The notes under the pieces are model-generated. The model had not been told where the DNA came from, ran no database searches, and saw only the letters and a program-made list of their open reading frames with translations. The translations under genes were made by a program, and so were the position numbers. Below, piece after piece: positions 38,481 through 46,659 of a DNA stretch of 50,014 nucleotides. Every line of letters begins with the position of its first letter. Position 1 is the first letter of the stretch. Where the stretch lies: positions 1 through 50,014 of the forward strand of contig CAYWJO010000024.1 in NCBI GenBank assembly GCA_964458565.1. Reading direction: 5' to 3'. Source of the DNA: an uncultured archaeon. GTDB lineage: Archaea; Asgardarchaeota; Thorarchaeia; Thorarchaeales; Thorarchaeaceae.

Positions 38481-38524
38481 AAAGAAAAGGAAAAATAATG
38501 AGTTGGAGATCATCCAACTCATTA
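38481..38524 (-). terminator. intrinsic terminator downstream of the heliorhodopsin gene
   Basis: Perfect 12-bp stem TAATGAGTTGGA / TCCAACTCATTA with a 5-nt loop, followed on the minus strand by TTTTTCCTTTTCTTT. Confidence 0.75.
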
Positions 38525-38560
38525 GTTAATTATACCTCATTGATTCTATCTGCTCAATCC

Positions 38561-39388
38561 TCAAAATGGTGCAAATATTCCAGCGAATACAATCCATGCT
38601 AGTAGTGTCTTTGCGATCAGACTGAGTACAATGTACATTCTTTCTCCGTAGAGATAATCCTTCCATTTACTCACTTTCTTGTATTGAAGGAGCATGTTCA
38701 ATGCAAAGATGTTGAAGAGGAAGAAATACATGAAAATGATGATGTACACAAATGTTGGTGGTTGTGCCTCTGCGACGCTGAGTGAGGCAGCAAAGTATCC
38801 AAACAATACCACCCAAGGAGTCGCACCAGATATGCATCCTAAAATGAATGGACTCCATTTTGTCTTCTCTGTGTATTGATTGAGCACTTCCATTAGATAT
38901 CCAAACATTATCAACATATCATTTAGAACGACTATCATCACTAGAGACCAGATGTCCCATATGCCTAAGAGAAATGTGATTAGGAAGATCATCACTGAAC
39001 TGGATACAGAATACTCGTACCATCGATACGGATTCATACCTTTCTCCAAGTTTGCAATGTATTTTTCATTCAAAGGATACGCAATTAGAAAATGAGCCAA
39101 TGCGGACATTAGGGGGAATGATGCAAGTATGACTCCAATGTTGGTCAACGTGAATAGAATTGCGGGTGTTGGTTGTACCAAAATAAAGGGTTCTACGGGA
39201 ATGATTTGAAAATCGAGGTAAATGGTATAGACTTTTTGTGACCATTCCAGAGTCAGACCAAGAAAGAGCATTAGAACTCCTGTAATTAGATGGAGGACTC
39301 CAGCGTATAGATTGAACTTCTTTAAGTACGAATAAGAAATTGGAGATCCACTACTGGGGTATACCTCCGGTGTTGATTCTGAATTCAT
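38561..39388 (-). CDS. heR: heliorhodopsin
   Basis: TM1 His (GVLHL), TM2 His (SALAHF), NPYRWYEYSVSSSVM with the counterion Glu, and YLYGERMYIVLSLIAKTLLAW with the SxxxK retinal Lys; 7 TM helices. Confidence 0.95.
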   Translation of the reverse strand: MNSESTPEVYPSSGSPISYSYLKKFNLYAGVLHLITGVLMLFLGLTLEWSQKVYTIYLDFQIIPVEPFILVQPTPAILFTLTNIGVILASFPLMSALAHFLIAYPLNEKYIANLEKGMNPYRWYEYSVSSSVMIFLITFLLGIWDIWSLVMIVVLNDMLIMFGYLMEVLNQYTEKTKWSPFILGCISGATPWVVLFGYFAASLSVAEAQPPTFVYIIIFMYFFLFNIFALNMLLQYKKVSKWKDYLYGERMYIVLSLIAKTLLAWIVFAGIFAPF

Positions 39389-39674
39389 AATAATCGTATT
39401 AATTCATATTGGTAGAATATAAATTATAGGAATTATACTTAATTTCGTCCCATGCCTATAACTCCTGAGGAATTAGTCTGAAGAGATCCAATATGGTTGG
39501 TAGAGAGGATATCATTTAGCGATTTTTCTCAATATGTGAGCTGATTGTAGCATATCAAATAATACGTGGATTTTGATGAATTCTAAAGAGAAAGTATTGG
39601 TCAATCAAGAAGCCATTGCGTTCACCTGAGATATAATATCAATATAATGAGATTATTAGTTGAGGTCGTAGTGT

Positions 39675-40475
39675 ATGAATACATCTGAAAATGATTCGGT
39701 ACTGAATCCCAAAACATGGGGAACTTTTTGGGATATCTTTGGAGAGATGTTAATCGGATTTCTGGATGTAGCAGAGGGTGCTAGGGTTCTTGATGTGGGT
39801 TCAGGAGGTGGTTCTGTTCTCTATCCATTAACCAAGAGAGTTGGATTAAAAGGCTATGTCATCGGTGTTGAGCTCTGTGATCACTGTGCCAAGAAAACAG
39901 CTGGTGAGATAGAAAGATGCAAGATAATGAATGCTGAATCAATCTACTTGGATGCCAGGGATATCAAATTTGCAGACGAATCCTTTGATTGTATCACTGC
40001 AGGATTCATTGGATGGGATGATTACTTCGATTTTCAAACAAATGAGTATGTCAAAGAAGACCTCTTGATGAAAGAGATCACAAGATTACTAAAACCAGGT
40101 GGCCAGTTTGGAATGAGCACCTGGTTATTACAAGAAGATCTTGATTGGATGTATCAGTTCCTCACATCGCAGTCAATTAAGAGTAAGAAGAATTATCATA
40201 TTGAGAATGAGAGGGGCTGGAGGAAGATACTGACTAATTGGGATTTCACTGACATTAAGGTCTACGTTGAGTCAGCTAAATATGCCTATGCTTCTGTTGA
40301 TTTTTGGTGGAAAGAAATGACGGACTATACTTGGGTGGAGGATGATAGTGAAGGTATTGTTGATTCTCTGAAAGAACTTGCATATCAAGAAATCAAACCA
40401 AAGATCAGTCAAGGGAAAATATCGTTTACTAGAAAGGCAATATTTGTTATTGGAAAAAAAGGTGAAGTGAGTTAG
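39675..40475 (+). CDS. class I SAM-dependent methyltransferase
   Basis: VLDVGSGGG, SFDCI and RLLKPGG motifs. Confidence 0.9.
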   Translation: MNTSENDSVLNPKTWGTFWDIFGEMLIGFLDVAEGARVLDVGSGGGSVLYPLTKRVGLKGYVIGVELCDHCAKKTAGEIERCKIMNAESIYLDARDIKFADESFDCITAGFIGWDDYFDFQTNEYVKEDLLMKEITRLLKPGGQFGMSTWLLQEDLDWMYQFLTSQSIKSKKNYHIENERGWRKILTNWDFTDIKVYVESAKYAYASVDFWWKEMTDYTWVEDDSEGIVDSLKELAYQEIKPKISQGKISFTRKAIFVIGKKGEVS

Positions 40476-40503
40476 AGAGAATATCACTAACTCTGTTCTA
40501 ACT

Positions 40504-40836
40504 TCACTCTACAATTGGATTTCTTTCACTAAACCCAAGTCCTCGAGCAATCATCATGTAGTACTTTCCTACTGTACCAGACGATACTCCAGCAGCATAT
40601 CCAATCGCATCGAGGGTCATTCGATCGTGAGACAGAATTGCAGCTATATAGATGATACCTGTTGCAAGACTTTTCGGGTTACCTTTCGATAGGAGTCCCG
40701 CATCGTCAGCGCGATTGATTATGGCTAAGGTTTCTTTCTGCACGACATCAGTACAATCCAGTCTTGATAGAAAGTGGATTGCGTTTTCAATCACGCATTC
40801 TCGTGGAGTTTTCGGTTCGGATATGGAATTTGTCAT
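40504..40836 (-). CDS. stand-alone TFB/TFIIB-type cyclin-fold domain protein
   Basis: KGNPKSLATGIIYIAA...TLDAIGYAAGVSSGTVGKYY matches the C-terminal cyclin repeat and BRE-binding HTH of TFB; no Zn ribbon or first repeat. Confidence 0.8.
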   Translation of the reverse strand: MTNSISEPKTPRECVIENAIHFLSRLDCTDVVQKETLAIINRADDAGLLSKGNPKSLATGIIYIAAILSHDRMTLDAIGYAAGVSSGTVGKYYMMIARGLGFSERNPIVE

Positions 40837-41060
40837 GATAGAAACTTGTCACGAAATACTATATAATATGTGTAAATTTGAATTATCTATCCAGTTCTTG
40901 CCAGAAACCCTCAGGAGGGTTCTTCGTCTCTTTCTCGATAGAGATTGGATTTCAGGTTGCTTGCAAAGTGACATAATCAAAGCGATGCATAGATTCAGCT
41001 CGCCAAAATTGAGTGAAGAAATGAAATATCGGCAATTCTCATATTTGACGGGTTTAATCA

Positions 41061-41858
41061 ATGGATGCACCTGATGAAATTACACTCTCTAGAGCAGAAG
41101 TCGAAGATGCTGAGATTCTAACAGAAACATGCAAGAGAGCATTTGATTCCGATTCAGAGGTAGGAGAGCCAGGTCCGGGAGGTCCTCCAGGCTACGACTC
41201 AGTTGAATGGAATACTAGCCAAATTAATAACCGCTACCTGCAATATTACAAGATCCTTCTTGGAAATGATATTGTTGGTGGATTTATTGCAGGAGATCGA
41301 GGCGTGGGATATCAAGTATGTGAGAGAATTTGGATTAATCCTGAATACATGAGAAGGGGCTTCGGGGTGAAAACCTTTGAGTTGATTTGGGAAAAGTATC
41401 CATCAGCTGACTTATGGGTATTGGGAACCCCTGAGTGGAATGTAAGAACGAAACCATTCTATGAGAAAGTTGGATTTACACAAATTGGAATAACCCGAGA
41501 CTATCCTCAATGGAATGGAAGGTATTACGAAATGAGATTTTTAGATGGATTTCCAAGAGCCATGTCAGATCTCGGAGACCTTCACAGAGGTCAAAATTAT
41601 GTCGTTGTTGAAGGGCGAGTGAAACATCTCTCTAATCCACGCATAGTTACATCAAGAAAAACAGGTGAAGAACTAAAGGTAGTCAACGGGCTACTGACCG
41701 ATGAGACAGGCTCAATCAAGCTTGTTCTCTGGAATGATCAAATAAGACAAGTTGATGAGAATTCGAGAATCCGGATTGAAAATGCTTACGTTAAGGAATT
41801 TAGAGATGAACTTCAATTAGGTGTCGGTGAATGGGGAATGATAATCACACTACTGTGA
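41061..41858 (+). CDS. GNAT acetyltransferase fused to a single OB-fold (SSB/RPA-like) domain
   Basis: N-terminal INPEYMRRGFG and FYEKVGF motifs; C-terminal VEGRV...LTDETGSIKLVLWND...IRIENAYV...LQLGVG. Confidence 0.88.
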   Translation: MDAPDEITLSRAEVEDAEILTETCKRAFDSDSEVGEPGPGGPPGYDSVEWNTSQINNRYLQYYKILLGNDIVGGFIAGDRGVGYQVCERIWINPEYMRRGFGVKTFELIWEKYPSADLWVLGTPEWNVRTKPFYEKVGFTQIGITRDYPQWNGRYYEMRFLDGFPRAMSDLGDLHRGQNYVVVEGRVKHLSNPRIVTSRKTGEELKVVNGLLTDETGSIKLVLWNDQIRQVDENSRIRIENAYVKEFRDELQLGVGEWGMIITLL

Positions 41859-42066
41859 GAAGATACGCTCGTTCCATTCAATATTGTTGAAACTGAAGTG
41901 ACTATGTTAAACATGTCATCAATTTTGGAACGGAGTCACTGATTTATGTGGACACACAATGTGACATTGAACAATACATCACAGTTGTTTGAGCTGACCG
42001 TAGATTATTATCGGAATAATGAGAACTAATGCAGTTTGTTCGACGACCGTCCTAGAGAGAACGGCT

Positions 42067-42765
42067 TTATTCCAAGGTGTAAGTGTCACCCTCTCCCAAG
42101 ATAACGACCTTTGTTGAGGACTTTCCCTCAACTGCGCTCTTGAAGGGAGCTGGGTCTGCTCCTCTGAGATGCATTGGAATTGCCACGTCTGGATTGATAA
42201 GAACAGCAGCCTCTGCAGCCTCAGCCATATCCATCGTGTACATGTCACCACTAGGTAGCAGTGCAACATCAATCATCTCTACATTCTCCATCTCTGGAAT
42301 CAGGTCCGTGTCCCCGGCATAATAAATCCGCTTCCCTTCTACGGTTATTATATAGCCCACACCAAATCCTTTTGGATGAAATGGCTCTCCTGGTTTACGG
42401 AAACGCTTCACATTGTAGGCCTCTACTGCTCTGATTTTTGTCTGATTACTGTCAGCCATCTGCATAAATTGTCCGGCAGCAATATCCCAGACAAGCCCAG
42501 CCTTTCCAATCTTTTTCTTACAGTTTTCTGGAGCAATAATTGGATGCCCAAACTTGCGTATTTTCTTGATCAGGTTAGGATCACAGTGATCATCATGAGC
42601 ATGGGTGATTAGAATCAAGTCAGCAGGTTCTAGACCCTTATCACTGAGACCTGTCCCTTTTGATGAGGGGTCAATATAGATGACCTCATTATCGCTCTTG
42701 ATTTGAAAGCTCGCGTGTGCCAGTAACTTAATCGTCACAGTCATTGATTTCACCAGCATTTTCAA
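42067..42765 (-). CDS. MBL-fold metallo-hydrolase (UPF0173-like)
   Basis: HASF, THAHDDH, YYAGDT and IPMH motifs. Confidence 0.92.
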   Translation of the reverse strand: MKMLVKSMTVTIKLLAHASFQIKSDNEVIYIDPSSKGTGLSDKGLEPADLILITHAHDDHCDPNLIKKIRKFGHPIIAPENCKKKIGKAGLVWDIAAGQFMQMADSNQTKIRAVEAYNVKRFRKPGEPFHPKGFGVGYIITVEGKRIYYAGDTDLIPEMENVEMIDVALLPSGDMYTMDMAEAAEAAVLINPDVAIPMHLRGADPAPFKSAVEGKSSTKVVILGEGDTYTLE

Positions 42766-42889
42766 TTACATGGTGGCGTATATATCTTTTATATTACATA
42801 GAATAGAGACCTAGGTGTATTTGCTAGTACAGTACAAGTATACTCGTGAAATAAACGGTAGATTGAAAGTCTTTCAGGTAATTCTCTGA

Positions 42890-43204
42890 TTGAGTGAGAT
42901 GAACGAATCTAACCCGAAAATAAGGCTCTATGAGATGCGAGGTGAAACCTCTATCTTCATCGATGTCGAGATTGACGAAAAGGGTGCTATCATTATGTCT
43001 GGTCAAGACCTAGGCAAAGCGCCACAGGAGTTTTGGGGTGACTCAGATTATGAATATTGGATTACTATCAACGAAGAGCAGAAAGATACTCTGCTTTTAT
43101 CACTTGTACATCAGTTTTTTGGAGGGACGCATGAAGCGTTCTCCAAGTTTCGGGAATTTCTCAACGAGCGAGATATACCTTATGAATTTGACTCGTGGGC
43201 GTGA
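42890..43204 (+). CDS. conserved hypothetical protein
   Basis: 104-aa acidic ORF with GQDLG...WGDSDYEYW and a C-terminal F.SW. Confidence 0.7.
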   Translation: MSEMNESNPKIRLYEMRGETSIFIDVEIDEKGAIIMSGQDLGKAPQEFWGDSDYEYWITINEEQKDTLLLSLVHQFFGGTHEAFSKFREFLNERDIPYEFDSWA

Positions 43205-43422
43205 TGGATGTAAGACAAAATGAGAAAGAATTGGTCAATTTATTCAATTTTCACATACCTCGTCGACATGGCACATATGTAAACGGGTTTGTATAGATTC
43301 TCTCGCTTGTTTGCATTGTCGTTGTTTGATAGATGAGTGCTATTAAATGAGGACTCTGATTTTTCGAGCTACAGAATAATAAATGAAATCACCATATCAT
43401 CACAAATAACAATCACATATTT

Positions 43423-44067
43423 GTGGAGGTGACCGACATGAAATGGTTTGTAAGATTCGCTGAAAGTGTGAAACATTATTTGGGAAAAAAAACAAGTACA
43501 ACTGTAACCAATGGATGGGAAGACCTACCAACCGGCTCGAGTAAGCGTGCAAGAGATGAATGCATCAGATGGATTAAATCATCCTTGGACACACTAGACG
43601 ATATTTGTGACGAGAGAACAAGAAATCAGATTTTGGTTGAAACATGCCCTCATACTTATCCAAAGACACGAATCAAGAAGATGAGAGCAGAGTTTGAACG
43701 ACTTGGAAATATAGATGACCTCGTAGAATTGATGCGTAACGACACTTCGTGGGGTGGCGGTTCATATTACGACTATCCTGTCAGAAAGAGTGACGAGATT
43801 CATATCACAAAGGTCCCGTTCAATCCAAAGACATTTGAAAAAGCTGTCAGCGATGACGAAAAACGCCAAGCATATTGTCACTGTACACTAGTGAAGCATA
43901 GTAAAGTACAGATATCATCAACGTTCTGCTGTTGTTCCGGAGGCTGGATAAAACAACTCTGGGAGGGCATTTTTGGACAGCCAGTCCAAGTCAAGTTAAT
44001 TGAGTCACTCCTTTCGGGAGATACGCGGTGTACTCACTCAGTGCAGATCCCAAAAAAGTTCCTATAG
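43423..44067 (+). CDS. Cys-rich DUF6144-like (V4R-related) protein
   Basis: YCHC...TFCCCSGGW...PVQVKLIESLLSGDTRC pattern; likely start is ATG 43438 after GGAGGTG. Confidence 0.7.
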   Translation: MEVTDMKWFVRFAESVKHYLGKKTSTTVTNGWEDLPTGSSKRARDECIRWIKSSLDTLDDICDERTRNQILVETCPHTYPKTRIKKMRAEFERLGNIDDLVELMRNDTSWGGGSYYDYPVRKSDEIHITKVPFNPKTFEKAVSDDEKRQAYCHCTLVKHSKVQISSTFCCCSGGWIKQLWEGIFGQPVQVKLIESLLSGDTRCTHSVQIPKKFL

Positions 44068-44130
44068 ATTGTGGCTATTCCAAGTGTTATGATTGTAATC
44101 ACCAAAGGGTACTATTTGCGTTTGTGAAAG

Positions 44131-44150
44131 GAGGAGGCAAAAACCTCCTC
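44131..44150 (-). terminator. hairpin between the convergent amt and DUF6144-like genes
   Basis: 7-bp stem GAGGAGG / CCTCCTC with a 6-nt loop. Confidence 0.5.
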
Positions 44151-44172
44151 TCTTAGTTTGAATTGAAAGGGC

Positions 44173-45426
44173 CTATATTTTGCCTACGTCTTCAATATAT
44201 GCATCTTCGCCCAGTTGTTCTTCGTCAAGAGAACTCTCTTCTATATCAGTTACTCTGACGGGAGTTATCTTGTTAATTACCAAGAGCATAATGTAAGTGA
44301 ATGCAAATGCCCAGACCATTGCTAGTGCTACAGCAGCGACTTGGATCCCAAAGAAACCAAAACCACCAGCAAGAAGCCCATTAGTACCGTTTGCGTTTAC
44401 TGTTGTTGTCGCGAAAACACCTAGAAGAATTACTCCAGTTGCCCCGCCAATACCATGCACACCCCACACATCGAGGGCATCATCCCAATGTTGCCTGTTC
44501 TTGAAGGTGATTGCAGTATAACATATTATTCCTGAAAGCATCCCAATAATGAAAGCTGAACCTGGTGTGACGAATCCTGCAGCAGGTGTGACTGTAGCAA
44601 GCCCAGCGACTGCTCCCGTTAGAAAGCCGACAAACTTTGGTTTCTTCTCGAGAATCCAAGCAAGTGCTAGCCATGTCGCCCCAGCTACTGAAGCTGCAAT
44701 GTCTGTGTTGATGAAAGCTATAGCAGTCACGCTATTGACTGCAAGTTCACTTCCTGCGTTGAAGCCGTACCATCCAAACCACAGGAGTCCAGTACCAAGA
44801 GCAACAAGAGGAATGCTATGAGGACCTCTATCTTGTATCAATCGCGGGCCTACAAAGAATACAGAAGCTAATGCAGCGAATCCTGCTATGCAATGTACTA
44901 CTATCCCTCCTGCGAAATCTAGTACACCTAGTTGATAGAGTATTCCTCCTCCCCAAATCATGTGAACGAATGGGAAGTATACAAAGAACATCCAAGCAAC
45001 GAGAAATATTAGATACGCCTTAAAGTCCACTCGGTTAGCAAAAGCCCCAGTTATCAAGGCAGGAGTGATTATTGCAAACATCATCTGATAAGCGATGAAG
45101 ACAATCTCAGGGATTTGCCCGTTTCCAGTGTAGACATCCGTTGGTAACACACCATTCAGGAATGCTTTATCGAGATTCCCTATTATTCCGAATGTATCAC
45201 CACTGAAACAAAGTGAGTATCCAACAAGAAACCATATGATAGTCACGACAGACATAGAAACAAAGCTCTGAATCATTATCGTGAGAACATTCTTCCGTCC
45301 AACTAATCCACCATAAAAAAATGCGAGACCAGGAGTCATCAGCATCACGAGACTAGTTGCCAGAAGCATAAACCCGGTATTTCCGGTATCAATCTGCAGC
45401 ATCTGCAATGCTGCTTCTTCAATCAC
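44173..45426 (-). CDS. amt: ammonium transporter (Amt family)
   Basis: MTPGLAFFYGG, DFAGGIVVH, LWFGWYGFNAGS and DDALDVWGVHG motifs; both pore His residues present. Confidence 0.96.
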   Translation of the reverse strand: MIEEAALQMLQIDTGNTGFMLLATSLVMLMTPGLAFFYGGLVGRKNVLTIMIQSFVSMSVVTIIWFLVGYSLCFSGDTFGIIGNLDKAFLNGVLPTDVYTGNGQIPEIVFIAYQMMFAIITPALITGAFANRVDFKAYLIFLVAWMFFVYFPFVHMIWGGGILYQLGVLDFAGGIVVHCIAGFAALASVFFVGPRLIQDRGPHSIPLVALGTGLLWFGWYGFNAGSELAVNSVTAIAFINTDIAASVAGATWLALAWILEKKPKFVGFLTGAVAGLATVTPAAGFVTPGSAFIIGMLSGIICYTAITFKNRQHWDDALDVWGVHGIGGATGVILLGVFATTTVNANGTNGLLAGGFGFFGIQVAAVALAMVWAFAFTYIMLLVINKITPVRVTDIEESSLDEEQLGEDAYIEDVGKI

Positions 45427-45588
45427 TATCGTGGTAAAGCACCAGCTAGTTCATTTTTGATGAATAAAAAAAAGAGTGTATCATATACATGTTTTGCAGC
45501 AGATGAGGGAAACCGCGTTTACAATATACACATTGCAGCATTGACTATAGCAGTGCGTCAAAACATCGCGCATTATAACAGACTAGAA

Positions 45589-46470
45589 CTATGAGTTAGT
45601 TTTTTTTTTTTTGCCAATTATCTGAATGTGACCTGCAAAATTCACAAGAGACTTGTCAGTACAATATTCAAGCTCCATCTTGAGTAGCCGCTTTCTAGTG
45701 TCTGGATTTTTCTCAAGGGATTCCATAATCTTCTCATTAACCTGATGCATGAAGACAGGGGCACCTATGATATCAATAACAGCGAGACCACTCTCTTCAA
45801 AATATTTGTTCAGTTCTTGCCATGTCAGATTATATTGGGAAAATTTAAAATCATATGACACATTAGTCCTAAGGAGATTTTCAGCTTCATCGATCTTTCC
45901 TGCTTCAATCAATTCTGGTACACGGCGGAACTTAGTGTCCATAGTAAGAACTACATAACTACCAGGTTTAGCGACACGAGCTAGTTCTCTAACTGATTCT
46001 CTAGGCTTCATTGAATATGAAACAGCATCATACTGAGAGAAGACAAAATCGAACTCCGTCGAAGGAATCCCATTCATATCTGCAACATCAGCTTTGACAA
46101 ATGAAATGTTGTGGTCCTCTATAGAGGAGAACCTCTTTTTGGCCTGTTTCAGCATACCTGCAGAGATGTCCAATATCACTATATTGCGATAACCCAATTC
46201 GTGGATCTTTTGAGACCAGAAACCATCCCCACCGCCAGCATCAAGAATCTTGATGGAGGTGTCTTTCGGAATATACTTCATGATGAAGTGCCATGTTATA
46301 TCATCTGCAAAGCTCAATGCAGTCCGTGCAGTTCCATCCGTTGTCGAATCAAGCGGATCGGAGGAGTAATCCTCAGCAATCTCATCATACACATCTTCTA
46401 CCTTACGACCACGCATGGTCTTGTCAAAGTAAACAGCTTGGATATTAGTCTTATTTATAATGTGAGTCAC
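45589..46470 (-). CDS. class I SAM-dependent methyltransferase
   Basis: ILDAGGGDG, LDISAGML and RVAKPG motifs; start position uncertain. Confidence 0.9.
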   Translation of the reverse strand: MTHIINKTNIQAVYFDKTMRGRKVEDVYDEIAEDYSSDPLDSTTDGTARTALSFADDITWHFIMKYIPKDTSIKILDAGGGDGFWSQKIHELGYRNIVILDISAGMLKQAKKRFSSIEDHNISFVKADVADMNGIPSTEFDFVFSQYDAVSYSMKPRESVRELARVAKPGSYVVLTMDTKFRRVPELIEAGKIDEAENLLRTNVSYDFKFSQYNLTWQELNKYFEESGLAVIDIIGAPVFMHQVNEKIMESLEKNPDTRKRLLKMELEYCTDKSLVNFAGHIQIIGKKKKTNS

Positions 46471-46659
46471 TCACAGATGATCATTGTCAGAAGGAATAAT
46501 TCTATCTTCAACTCGTTCCCTCATTAATGCTATTAGTAATGACTCAAGCTTGATTCAACCTCATAGGCTTTACGTAATTTGTTGGAAACCACAGGTCATC
46601 CCAAAGAAGTTAACCAGGAATCGCTGATAATGAGATACCCAATTGATAAGAGCTAGCAC

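Noticed and set aside
29531-39388. Functional link between heliorhodopsin and nadE, since some heliorhodopsins are reported to regulate neighbouring enzymes
   Set aside because: The genes are ~8 kb apart on opposite strands with many unrelated genes between them; the sequence gives no support.
40652-41074. 140-aa + strand ORF and the 73-aa minus-strand ORF at 40849-41070
   Set aside because: The first overlaps the TFB-like gene antisense; neither has recognisable motifs, and the region looks like a divergent promoter gap.
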